Positions 43,459 to 55,021 of a stretch of 64,000 nucleotides of DNA are shown piece after piece. The translations under genes were made by a program, and so were the position numbers. The DNA is taken from NCBI GenBank assembly GCA_000004985.1, contig GG738859.1; one strand, written 5' to 3'. The notes beneath the pieces are model-generated. The model did no database searches. It was not told the origin of the DNA and saw only the letters and a list, made by a program, of their open reading frames with translations. Position 1 is the first letter of the stretch. Each line of letters begins with the position of its first letter. This DNA is from Naegleria gruberi. Its lineage: Eukaryota.

Positions 43459-44382
43459 TTAATTGTTGTTTTTAGCCTTCTCTGCCTTTTCTAAACCTGT
43501 TATAAACTGATCCCAAAGAACAAATTGTTTGGAAATGGTTAAGATCTGTAATTCATAATAAATAATAAATATAATTAACACGTTGAAACATACCATACTG
43601 TTATAGGCTGATAATTGTTTGAGAATAGTTTCTGCCTGAATGGTGGAAAGATCATGCTTTTCCTCCATCGATAAATGAAACTGTTTCAAATCTTCGAGCT
43701 TGTTACAAAGTAAGTCCAATTGTTCCCTATCTGAAATCATATCCACAACAGGTAATAACTTTTCCAACTCTTCGAAAGACTTTGACATGTGTTCAATCAT
43801 CTCTTGTTGCTGGTTGATATAATTCAATAGGGCTTCCTTCTTGAGAAGAGATGATGGCAATTCTTCCTGAATATTCTCATAATCTGACGAGGTAAAATTT
43901 GCATACTCTTGCAAATCCTTTGCTTCCTCAATAAAACTCTCATACTCATAAATATTTAAATCTTGTATTTGATCCACAAACTCTTTCACTAGTGGAGTCT
44001 CCAAACTCTCAAAATTCTCCTCAATATCCTTCAACTTTTCCAAAAAACTAGGCTTCTTCTTTTGATTTTTAAATCTATTCCCTATATAATACTCCTGATC
44101 AAACTCTTCCCAAATACTATCATTAACATGCTGATGATGATTCGATTTCTGCAATCCACCACTGGAATTCAACAAGTGACCAGAATCCCACGTTAATTGT
44201 TCCATCGGAAAGAGTCTACACTCCAATTCTCTAATTCTATTCTCCAATTCATCTATATTCATTGTTTTATTCAGAACTGTTCTTGTTGAATCATCATCTT
44301 GATCTTCATGTTCTACTTCTCTATGTTGTATTTGAGGTTGGCGTTGATTTTCAGTCATTTTTTTTAAGGTTTTCTTCTTCAT
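43459..44382 (-). CDS. coiled-coil hypothetical protein (~307 aa); probably one short 3' intron
   Basis: ORF rich in heptad-like E/L/K segments (ELENRIRELECRL..., LEKLLPVVDMISDREQLDLLCNKLEDLKQF). A GTATGT...ACAG intron is likely near the 3' end. No family assigned. Confidence 0.35.
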   Translation of the reverse strand: MKKKTLKKMTENQRQPQIQHREVEHEDQDDDSTRTVLNKTMNIDELENRIRELECRLFPMEQLTWDSGHLLNSSGGLQKSNHHQHVNDSIWEEFDQEYYIGNRFKNQKKKPSFLEKLKDIEENFESLETPLVKEFVDQIQDLNIYEYESFIEEAKDLQEYANFTSSDYENIQEELPSSLLKKEALLNYINQQQEMIEHMSKSFEELEKLLPVVDMISDREQLDLLCNKLEDLKQFHLSMEEKHDLSTIQAETILKQLSAYNSMVCFNVLIIFIIYYELQILTISKQFVLWDQFITGLEKAEKAKNNN

Positions 44383-44492
44383 ACAAAAATCAATGATTCC
44401 TTATCAAAGATCTTCGTCATCGCGACATGCAGTATTACATTTTAAATTATATAATTTTTGTAAAGCGTTTTAAATATATTTAAGGTGCAATA

Positions 44493-46304
44493 ATGAAAAA
44501 GACCAAGAATAAAAAAATGCCACCAAAACATCAAAAAAAGAAGGGATTTTACGGAGGTAAAAAGACTCTCCAAGATTTTGATTCCATCCAGGGAATTTTA
44601 TTCACCTGTAATGGTACTAGGCAAAAGGAAGCTGCACAGGAAGCTCTCGGATTAGTAGAACAGGTTTGTTTCTTGTTGAATAATAGTAATAATAATAGAA
44701 TTTCTTGTTGAATTATTTGATGATGATGAAATTGTTGTTATTATTGCATAACACCATTATTATTTTATTTAATAATTTACTAATTTAATATTTTAATGAA
44801 AGTTTGGAGATAAATTGGTGGAAACGAGTGATACTTTGCAAAATGATATTTTGGAAATAATGACAAAGGAACAAGAGAAACAAATAGCTGCTAGTAAAAA
44901 GAAGCAAGATAGAATTAATGCGAGAATTTCAAGAGAACAACAAGGTGCTGCCTCTTCTTCAGTTGATAAAGCAATAATCAATCCAACAACCACTGATAGT
45001 AGTTCAAATGAAACAAAGGTTGAACTAGTCCCTACTCCTTCAGAACCAGTGAAATTGGAAATTAAATCGGAACAAGATGCTGTAACCAATGTTGCTAGTA
45101 ATGTTTCAACAATTGTGGAAAAAGTGGAAGAGCAGGAAATTAATTCAACAATACAGAAATCATCAGAGGATAAACCATTGGAAGGAGTTGCAGCAACTCC
45201 TGTTAGTGATTCCGATACAGCAATAGCAACAACAACAAATACTACTGTAACATCCGAAGTTAAAGAATCACAAACAACCACTACTTCAGAGGAAAAACAA
45301 AAATTAACAACATGGCAAATGAAGGAAAAGAACAAACCACTTCCAACTGGTTTGGACTTGTCAACAATATTATCATGTGAATATTTGGAAACTGAAGTTA
45401 AAATTGTAAAGGATGGAACTAAGAATTACGAATTATTGGAGACTGGAGTGAATGGTCAACTCTTTGTTCGTATTAGAAATAGAGCTATTTCACCAGTAGC
45501 CGTATGTCAAAAAATCTCAAAACATTTCAAAAAGGCATACGATAATCAAGAAGAAATTTCCTCTCGATTTTTATTCAAAATGTTCCCAATCTGTGACATG
45601 TTCCAAGCCAATGAAAATAATTTAAATAACAGATTTGCAAGTAAGTTTACACAATAATTCTTCATTTTGTGACACTCATAGATATGATTGAAAATAAGGT
45701 TGATAGGACAAAAGCTGTGAAATATGTAGTTAATATCAAATCCCATCACAATAATTCCTTGGACAAGAAAATTATTTATGAAACCATCTCTCAGAGAATG
45801 CCTAATGGATCTGTGGAGTTAAACAATGCCACTGTGGAATTTCATGTCTTCCTCATGAAGGGCAAGTGTTTATTAGGCATTTCTACTGATTGTGATATTT
45901 TCAATTATAACATTAATGCAATGAGACACATGACAACACAAGATGAAATTTTGAAGGAGAACCAAAGAAATGCAAGTAAACGAAAGGCTACTGAAATGTT
46001 AACAGAAACCTCCCTTGAGGTTGCAGATATGATTGAAGTGGAAAATTCCAAGAACACCAATGAGCCATCCGAAAAGGAGGACGAAACAATGGAAGATAAC
46101 AATCCATCAGCATCCAATGCTACTGAAACCGATTCTCAAATCAATCCAAAGACTGAGGAAAATGACCAGGAAATGTATGAATTTTTGGAAGAACCAATCG
46201 TAGTACCTTTGGTGGAAGCAACTGTTTCTTTACAAGTTTATTCAAAGAGGCGAAAAATTGAAAATCATCCCTCTCTTGAATTTGACGATATTAAAGTTAT
46301 TTAA
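44493..46304 (+). CDS. THUMP-domain protein (THUMPD1 / Tan1-like, tRNA acetylation cofactor); 3 exons (~44493-44663, ~44803-45640, ~45682-46304)
   Basis: N-terminus KKKGFYGGKK...GILFTCNGTRQKEAAQEALGLVEQ matches the THUMPD1 GILITCNMNERKCVEEAYSLLNEY block. Later NGQLFVRIRNRAISPVAVCQKI and KAVKYVVNIKSHHNNSLDKKIIYETI...VEFHVFLMKGKCLLGI match the THUMP core. Donors GTTTGT/GTAAGT. Confidence 0.65.
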
Positions 46305-47115
46305 TTGATGACAATTCATTTCTTTATTCTTTGCAACAACTGAACAACAAATGAACAATATTGTAAAGATTAACATTTTCAGAAATTATTTGCATGAAAA
46401 AGGAAAGATTCGTTAACATAACAATACATTCTAGTTGAAGCACTCAGATTTTGATATTCTGTGGCCAGTTCTGTGATCCTTCTGATAAAACATGAATCAG
46501 TTAAACACCTGCTTTATCTTTTCTGATACAAATATCTGTACTATTATCCTTACTATCTCACTCGGCAACCTCAACCCCATTTTCTCATCACATTATAATT
46601 TCCCAAACAAACATTAAGCATATTAAGTTAGGTATGACTTTTGACATTCTACCTTCCACATCAAATACATTTACCGCCAAGACATTAGACACCTATTATC
46701 AAGTCATTGCCGTCCATTTAAATCCTTTATGTGTCGGACCTTAACACGCACCGCAGAATCTCCAAATATTTTGTGATGAAACATCGTTTAAAAAGCACAA
46801 GAAGAAAAAAACGAAACTCTTCCCCGAACGAGCATCAAGCCATAGAGCTCTTTGTAAATATATTATAGTTGTGTTATTCCAAGCAGCCTGTATTAGCATA
46901 TATTGTATTATTATTATTTGTAGTAATATTATTATTTAGTATTTAATATTTAATATTTAATATTTAAAATTGAAAGTAGGAATAGTCTTTGCTTTAATAC
47001 AAAACAACAACAACTAATTGTACATTAAAATATTACCCATCTTGATTATTTAGTATTAATTAAATATTAAATATATATTTAAACTATTAAAATATAATAG
47101 AAGAAAATTAATAAT

Positions 47116-50100
47116 ATGAAGAAACTATTATCAACAATGGGAGCTCACGATTCTCAACAACAACAACAAAATCATGGAAATTCATCATCAACAACTCCAC
47201 GAGAACAATTACTTGGTATTCCATTGAGTGGAAAGAGAGCGACAACTAATTTGAGTGGCTATTCGAATCAATCATCCTCCTCCTCACCAAATACCACAAC
47301 AAGTGTCAGCAGTAGCAATGTATTTAGTACAAGTAGTTCGATACTGAGTAATTCGAATAGTGCTGTTTCGTCTCCTCCTCATCATTCTATGCATTTTACA
47401 AATCCAATAACTTATCCATCATCTTCATCATCAGCAACAACAACAGGAGGAGGAGGAGGTAGAAATAGAAGTAACAGCTCCTCTTCAACACATCATCAAT
47501 ATTTGGGAGCTACTTCTCCATCAACCATGTCAACTTCACCACACAATGCCATTTCTCCCAACACTTTACAAAGTCATATTCAAAATATGCAACAAACAGC
47601 AAAGAATGAACAATTACATGCAAAGCAAATTCAATTAGCCAAGATGTATAAATTCCAATTTGAGGAAATTTATGATAATCATGAAACTAGAGCCCTTTTT
47701 AAACAATTTCTTATCAAGAATCAGAACGGAGAAAATATCTATTTTGATAAGACTCTAGATTCCGAGTATAAACCTCTAAAATCGAATAGAAATAGATATT
47801 ATATGGCAAAGAGAATAGTAGAGACGTTTATAAAGGAGGGATCTCCGTATGAAGTGAATTTATCAGAAAAGGTGAAACATGCCTTGTTGAGAGAGTTTGC
47901 AAAGGCAAGTGAAGAAAATTGTCCTTTAGATTTATTTGATTCTGTTCAGTATCAAGTTTTAAGTTCAATGAGAATGGTATGTTTTTTTTATTGATCGATT
48001 TGAATTTGAATTTTTATTATTTGATTTTATAATTATTTGATGATTTGATGATTTGTAATAATTTATTGGAAACTACATAGGATGCCTATCCAAGATTTGT
48101 ACAAAGTGATGAATTTTTAAGTTTTATTGGAAGTAAATTATTAAATGCAAAGAATATGCATCATAAACTGAGGTTTTTAAAGGCCATTAATGCTGTTAGA
48201 AAGGTTTCACCTCTGGAATTATCATCTTCAAAGGCCAATCTCAGAAAGAGTTTGAATGTGAAACAAAAAAAGACTGAGGAAGATCAATTGAAGGAAGCTC
48301 TAATCATGGACCAAATAGAATTGGAAGATAATGCTCATGAAAATTTAATATTACACATTCCTGATGCTGATCCTACATTGACACCTCGATCCTATTATAC
48401 CTACACTTCTGCACCTGCCAATGGTCAAACAGCTCCATCACTCAATTCTCCAAATAATACCAACAATCATGCACATACTCATCAAACATCGGAAATTAGT
48501 GAACCTTCTACAATTAAGAGAAGTATGTCAAATTTGATGGGACATTTCTTTAAGAGTGGCGACAAACAATCAAGTAACGAAAAGAATTCAAACAATAGAA
48601 AGAGTACAGCTGCTACTCCAGTTCAACCCTATGTTCATACCACTAGAAATAGACATTCTAGATCAGGATCTGCTCTTGGTCTTTCTCTGGGTGAGTTGAC
48701 AACAAGTAGTAATAGCATTGGAGTTAAATTGCATGACAGCTTACCGAAAGCTATTCCTCCAATTAACAACTTTATTGTCACACCTGGTAGCGATGATGAA
48801 CATGACGATGAGGAAGATTATTCCAACAATACTGCCGACCATCAAGATAATGAGGATGACGATGACATTCCACTCTCTGAGCACGAAAGAGTTAAAAGAT
48901 TTGACACCATTCTCAGTAAGAGTAACATGTTTGGACAAAATCATAATCACCATCATCATCATCAAGATGAAATGGTTGAAGTTATTGATCCATGGCAAGA
49001 TGTGGAATCTTACATTTCTGGAGATTCTTCTGACGATGATGAAGATGAATTGGATCAAATGGATATTGGAGGAAATTTGGCAGCTATTGCTGGCACTCAT
49101 GTTAATTCCAGTCCTCTTACACACAATACAATTGTTCCAATTCTTGAAGGATTGTCGACTCATATAGAAGATCTACAACTTTCTACAAGAGAAGTTGAAG
49201 CCATCAAATCTGAGTACATGCACTATGTGGATAACAAGTCAGTATTGGATCTTGCAACCATTTTGAAACAAGTAGATGAGAAGGATAAGAAAACTAAATC
49301 AGGATGGTCCATGGTCAATTTGCAACCTAAAAAGAGAAGACTCGGCAGGAGAAGTAAATCAATTTCCTCATTGGACCTGATTGCACAACATTCAGTGAAG
49401 GCCTACTCTGCAAGATTTGACTCTATTGCCACCGATGATATTACATACATGTTGAGAAGATCTTGTCGATTGCCTTACAATGCCTTTTCAGTTTTACAAA
49501 TTTTGGCAGATGAAAGCACGGACGAAAGTATTGTCAATCCGTTATTGACAAGTCCAGCAGAATATATCGAATTTATTGTTAAGGAAACTGAACATGCCTA
49601 TGCCTCATTGATTACTTTAGAAGGTGCCAGATGGCCTTGGCCTCTTAAACAACGTCACTATGTCACCACTGGTACTGTTATTTCTGATATTATCAATGAC
49701 GAAAAGGATAATCCAGGAAGAAAACGTTATGTCATTATCAAGAGAAGTGTTGTAAATAATCCAAAATTGGAAATTACATTGAGTAAGAAGGATAATCCAA
49801 ACAGAGTATTTGGACTCAAATTAGAGGCCTACTTTATCGAATCTTTCAATACCAATGAATGTACATTGACCATGTTCAATGAATGGAAATTCACCAATGC
49901 CAACAAGTGGTCCTTCCCAACCAAACTCTTTAGAAAAACTCTGAGAACCTTCTCCACTGATTTCCATCAAAATTTAATTGACAGATTATCGAGCTCAGCT
50001 GGTCATCAACCAATTTCCTATCATGAATTCATCAGCCATACCAATACAGCTCACGATGTCTCTCCAAGAAACGATCACACTCTCCTCCACACACTCTTCC

Positions 50101-50348
50101 GTAATCAAGCTCTATCTCCATATAAGAAGAAGGAGGAAATTAAGGGTAAAGTTCAGAGTGTTTTCAATACATTATCCCTGATGAGATTATTCGAGTATGA
50201 TCTTCATGAAACTTGTCGAATCATTGAGGAAAGATATCACAATTCAAGTGCTACTACACCATCTGATGATAATAATCAACATCTTGTCAATCCTTCCATT
50301 CACATTGTTTCTGAAGAATCATCTCAGAAACAAACAAAAGTCTTGTAA
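47116..50348 (+). CDS. RGS (regulator of G-protein signalling) domain protein, ~1042 aa; 2 exons (~47116-47976, ~48081-50348)
   Basis: Ser/Asn-rich N-terminus. RGS domain FEEIYDNHETRALFKQFLIKNQNGENIYFDKTLDSEY...AKRIVETFIKEGSPYEVNLSEKVKHALLREF...QYQVLSSMRM | DAYPRFVQSDEFLSFI, split by a GTATGT...CATAG intron. Long C-terminal region without recognised domains (includes a His-run and acidic stretch). Confidence 0.7.
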
Positions 50349-50797
50349 AAGACATTATCATTACCAACATATACAGGTTGTGCCAACTTACATTGGTTTT
50401 CAACAGTCAATTATATCCCAAATTAAATATTTAATCCAAGAGCAACAACAAGGGATTATTCAATATTAAAATATGAGAATTAAATAATTGTTAATTTATT
50501 CGAATCAACGTTTTTCAATGGTTGTTAAAAACCGTATTGGAAATGGGCGGTAAGAGCAAGCAAATAAATTTGCAACGCACGTTTAAATGTTCTCCCAATC
50601 TTCACAAGTTAAAAATAAAATTAGATCAAAACCAAAGCAAATCGTGATGATGGGAAGTCACGAATTTGCACAAATCTATTTTTTCACATGTGAAACATTT
50701 TGCATTAAGCTATTTAAACTGACTTTAGTTTCAGCACCATTTCTTCCAACACAAAAAAAACAAATACAACAACTGAAACACTCTAATCACGTTCAAT

Positions 50798-51904
50798 ATG
50801 CAAACAACTCAACTCACTTTCGATCAAATTAAATCCTCAATTCTCGTCTCTTTAGATAAGAAGAAATCTGATCAACATTGTAAACTTCTTTTCGAACAAC
50901 TTGTTGGAAAGTTTAAATTCAGAAATAACAAATATACCTTCTCGGGATCATATGATCTTGCACAGTGGCTGGTTCTCTCTTTTGATTCAATGATTAAGGA
51001 AGATGAAAAGTTTTTCACAGAGATTGTCATTCCTATTGTTGCCTATATTTCAATTGTGGATGATGCTTGTGATGAGAACATGACTCTTTCGTCTATTGCA
51101 GAGATGAAAGAGCACTGTAAGATATTTAGAGGAGAACCAGTTTATGCTTCTCACCAAGCTCTCAAGATGGGACAATTTGTGTATAATCTTATCAAGGGAG
51201 AAAGATTCGAATGTATAAGAAGAAAGGTTTTGGAATTCCTGGTGACTGGAACTAATCTAATTGTAAAGGCAAAGCAAGAATGTGAAAATGTCACTAAAGA
51301 AACATTGGAAAACTTTTTAGAGGATAGAAGAATTGACTCCATGGCATCACTTTTCTTTACAATTAATAATTTCTTTAAGAATATTCAAGAATTTGACAGA
51401 TGCGATACTGTATCCACTTTATATAATCACAAGGCAAGTGACACCATCAGTTTATTAAATGATGTTGCCTCCATTGCAAAAGATACCAAAAAGCAACTTG
51501 TTAACAATTATGTAATATTGAATAAGGGATTGAAAGAGAACTTGACATACACTCAATTGAAACAACTCCCAATTGAAGCATTTGAATCATCCCTGAATGA
51601 AGTTTTAGAATTAATCAAAGACAATTTACTCCAAATGCAAACAATCAAATCCTCCAACCCATCCTACTCCACTCAATTCGATTCAATCGATGAAGTCATG
51701 AAGGGATATTGTACATGGTGTATCATTTCCAAAAGATTCCAACTTGAAAATCATCTCCTTCCTGAATATCATCCAAAGATGACATCAGGTGAGTTGAAGC
51801 CAGCACAAAAACCATGGGCTGATGATGATATGGATACTTATTTTGTTGATATTGAAAAATTCAATGAAGAACTTCTCCTCACTTTCAGAATATTGATGCT
51901 GTAA
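50798..51904 (+). CDS. class I (microbial-type) terpene synthase-like protein, 368 aa
   Basis: Single ORF of typical sesquiterpene-cyclase size. Asp-rich motif VAYISIVDDACDEN (DDxxD) at ~aa 85. NSE/DTE-like motif LLNDVASIAKD (NDxxSxxxD) follows ~135 aa downstream. The rest is predicted all-alpha. Confidence 0.5.
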   Translation: MQTTQLTFDQIKSSILVSLDKKKSDQHCKLLFEQLVGKFKFRNNKYTFSGSYDLAQWLVLSFDSMIKEDEKFFTEIVIPIVAYISIVDDACDENMTLSSIAEMKEHCKIFRGEPVYASHQALKMGQFVYNLIKGERFECIRRKVLEFLVTGTNLIVKAKQECENVTKETLENFLEDRRIDSMASLFFTINNFFKNIQEFDRCDTVSTLYNHKASDTISLLNDVASIAKDTKKQLVNNYVILNKGLKENLTYTQLKQLPIEAFESSLNEVLELIKDNLLQMQTIKSSNPSYSTQFDSIDEVMKGYCTWCIISKRFQLENHLLPEYHPKMTSGELKPAQKPWADDDMDTYFVDIEKFNEELLLTFRILML

Positions 51905-52423
51905 TCACACTTGCCTTCTCACTTGTACAATTTTGTAAAATATCTCAGTGTAAATAATAAATATCATGTAATTGAAATAATTAATAATTATAATTTGACA
52001 ACTTTCCAGAGAAATTCAAGGAAAAGTGAGTGAAAACTTGGAATGAATATAAGCCTGTCAATAATGGCTCATTCAAATACAATGAAGTTTTCAAATATTT
52101 CATCATGAACATTAGTAATCATGTTGCTCAATCAGAAGAACAACGCGAGAGAGCTAATAAACTTGAAAGAATAAGGAGTTCCAATAGAAGAGAGTTGGGT
52201 CTTTGCAGATGTGATGAGAGTGTGATGATAATCTTGATAAATGTAACGCTTGTGTTCTCAAGAATGCAGAGCAAAAGAGAGTTCCTGTCTTTTGTGTTAT
52301 GGTATTCCATTGATGATGAAAAGATGTAAATATTCTTGCTTAATATTAAATAACAAGTGGGTGAAAGATAATATTGATTATTGAAAAACTAAAAGTGAAT
52401 TGAGAAAAGATCCAAAAGTCAGA

Positions 52424-52504
52424 CGCAAACTGCAGGATTTGAACCTGCGAGGGTTTCCCCACGAGATTTCGAGTCTCGCGCCTTAACCTCTCGGCCAAGT
52501 TTGC
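52424..52504 (-). tRNA. tRNA-Ser (anticodon CGA), type II with long variable arm
   Basis: Reverse complement GCAAACTTGGCCGAGAGGTTAAGGCGCGAGACTCGAAATCTCGTGGGGAAACCCTCGCAGGTTCAAATCCTGCAGTTTGCG: 7-bp acceptor stem, anticodon loop CTCGAAA, long extra arm, B box GGTTCAAATCC. A T-run follows on the coding strand. Confidence 0.85.
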
Positions 52505-52643
52505 TTACATTAAGATTTGAAAAATTAGCCTTGTGGGAGGTATAGCACGGTATTGCCTTAATAAAAAACAAATGTTTGATATCATCAACTAGATAATAAA
52601 CGTATTTATCGAGAGCCTACAAGAAAGAATCAATTCAAGTCTT

Positions 52644-53703
52644 TAAATTTGTACACAATTTTTTTTAATAAATTAAATAAGTTTCTTGGTTTTGAAAAAG
52701 CTTCTCAAACTAATCAATTGGAATGTTGCTGAAATAGTGTTAATATATAAATGTAAAAAAAAACAGAATACCTACTTCCGAAAACAATAAAAACAAATTT
52801 AAGAAAACCAATCCAGAATGTTCTTTCATAAGTACTATCGGTAGTATCACGGAATCTACTTTCTCTAGTTCTGAAATAAGTTTGTTCATCACGGATAATA
52901 TCAATTTGATTCTTGATATCTTTCAACAGGGTTGAGAGACGATCAAGTTGGTCAACTGTTTGAGGTTCCTTTTCCAAATGATAATGAACATCCACATCAA
53001 CACGAACATCAATAAATGATTCTACAGCAATAGATGGAGAAAAATCGAAACAAATTTCTATTCCAATTCAATAAAATTAAATGTTATCAATCATTACAAG
53101 TTCATATGAAGAAATCAAATCCATTATTATTATTATTATATTTTTAAAATAATAACAAAATATATAATATCAAATGTAAAGAGTAATATTCAAGAAGTAA
53201 ACATACCATATTCACCAGTGACACCAGAGTGTGCTTTTAAATGGAAAACACTTTCCTTGGCCTTGTCCAACATTTCACTCTTCAATTCATGTCCATATGG
53301 ATCAGTGACTCTGAGTTGAGCACTATCTGGACGATTAAAATATGGTCGAACAGTGAGTTTAAATGGTGTATTTTCACTATTTAGTAGTTTCCAATCATGA
53401 TTTTTCATCCGATTAATTATATTATCCAATAGATAGTAGGTAAATAATTATTGATGATCCAAAAATGTTATTGGTGATGTAATGATGAGGCAATGATGAT
53501 GATATTTAGTAGTAAATAATATTATTGTTACACAAGATATTTGGTCAAGTCAATATATTGAAATCAACAAACCTCAAATGTTCATGAAGACAAGCTTTAC
53601 TTCCTCTAACCATCTTGACCAATACTCCTTCCGTGCCCACACTCATCATACCAATCAAGGTGATGAAAACCAGCAGACATGAAAAAACACATGAAATTTT
53701 CAT
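52644..53703 (-). CDS. p24/emp24/gp25L family cargo receptor (GOLD domain); 4 exons (~53703-53573, ~53376-53207, ~53057-52776, ~52728-52644)
   Basis: Signal peptide MKISCVFSCLLVFITLIGMMSVG. GOLD-domain pieces ...SKACLHEHL | SENTPFKLTV...LRVTDPYGHELKSE...VTGEYG | EICFDFSP... Coiled-coil/stem ...DQLDRLSTLLKDIKNQIDIIRDEQTYFRTRESRFRDTTDSTYERTFWIGFLKFVFIVFG | TTFQLISLRSFFKTKKL... (TM plus short basic cytosolic tail). GT donors and AG acceptors are consistent throughout. Confidence 0.65.
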
Positions 53704-53853
53704 TTTTTTAATTTTAAAAACATATGACGATCGATGACAACAAGATAATCTCGTCATCATCAGAATAGATAATATTATTATTATTTAATAAATTGGATAA
53801 CATCATCTTCATCGATAACGGATTTCATTCATTATAATATAAAACCATGGAAG

Positions 53854-54642
53854 TTACAACTGGGTGAGAGGAGTGGTTGGATTATCATAATAATTCTTGT
53901 CAGTAATACGTTCAGACAAGAAGGAATATGGTGCATGGGACCACTGATCAGTATGAGAATAGAAGAAATCGTGAATATCTTCTCCTGGAGCTCTATTGTT
54001 CAATATTTGCTTATCGATAGAGTAGACCTCCTCTTCGAAAATGTAACATTTCGAGTCGGTGAACATGTAGGCATAAACAACATCATTATTACCAATAGGA
54101 CTGTATAGTGCTTGAATAGGCTCATCCATAGTAAATTTACCAACATGAATACCAAAGAACCAACATTCATTGGAAGGAATAAATCTAATCAATAGGGCAG
54201 CACCATGGAAGAGTATTGGATACGCATTGCTTGGAAAGACCTCTGCAGTATTATCAATACCAGGGAAAACTTCAAAAGGAGTTTCATTGGCATCTAATTC
54301 CTTGATGAGAGCAAAGAAGTAGGCCTCTCTTTGGTTGAATTCCTTCAAGTACAAACCCTTTCGAGTGATCTTGTCTCCATTGGAGAGGATGATTTCTTGT
54401 TCGACCATATTTACACTTGTTTGATCACGAGATTGCTTGGTGAAGGAAGCTTCGTAAATGTAGATGTGTTGTTTATCATTTCTGACTTGAATAACAAAGG
54501 CACGACCTCCATTGTCATGTGTTACATAGAGTTGATAATCAGCAAAGGTTTGATTGGAAAGTTCAACTTCTTGGAAGGAGGTGATTTGTGGACCCGATTG
54601 AACAGCCTGGTTGTTCATTGGTGTACTGACGAGAGTTGGCAT
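53854..54642 (-). CDS. hypothetical protein, 262 aa
   Basis: Uninterrupted ATG-initiated ORF with ordinary (not low-complexity) composition. No family recognised. The ORF continues in frame to the stop at 53854; upstream exons not assessed. Confidence 0.35.
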   Translation of the reverse strand: MPTLVSTPMNNQAVQSGPQITSFQEVELSNQTFADYQLYVTHDNGGRAFVIQVRNDKQHIYIYEASFTKQSRDQTSVNMVEQEIILSNGDKITRKGLYLKEFNQREAYFFALIKELDANETPFEVFPGIDNTAEVFPSNAYPILFHGAALLIRFIPSNECWFFGIHVGKFTMDEPIQALYSPIGNNDVVYAYMFTDSKCYIFEEEVYSIDKQILNNRAPGEDIHDFFYSHTDQWSHAPYSFLSERITDKNYYDNPTTPLTQL

Positions 54643-55021
54643 TTGTTTTGTTGTGAAATATCATTACCATCTGAATCATGCTTTGAACATTTCACAAATG
54701 GTGAGCTGTTGGAAATGTTAAAAAATCTGTTTTTCAACCAACAACAGGAAGATTGGTTGTGGCAACACTTTATGAACAATTGTTGATATCAACAGAAGCA
54801 TTTGCGCTATTTTTTTTTAAAGTTACCGTTACATATTTTATTTTGAATTAATAAAAAATTCTTTCTTTCAAAACTGTCTTCATCATCATCATAAACAATG
54901 CTGTTGGATTGCTTCCATACAATAGCATCTTCCTTTGGTCTTGTATATCCTCCAACACAAATATGATTCGGAATATTCTCATTATCATCATTAACGCACC
55001 TATCACCAAATATTAAACCAA

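Noticed and set aside
46900-47100. (TATTTAA)n and other AT microsatellites upstream of the RGS gene; (TTA)n at ~53120-53150
   Set aside because: Simple low-complexity spacer/intron sequence typical of AT-rich genomes. No evidence of function beyond possible promoter AT-tracts.
52030-52329. 99-aa ORF between the terpene synthase and tRNA-Ser
   Set aside because: No ATG context, overlaps an antisense ORF (52128..52310), no recognisable motifs. Could be UTR. Not called.
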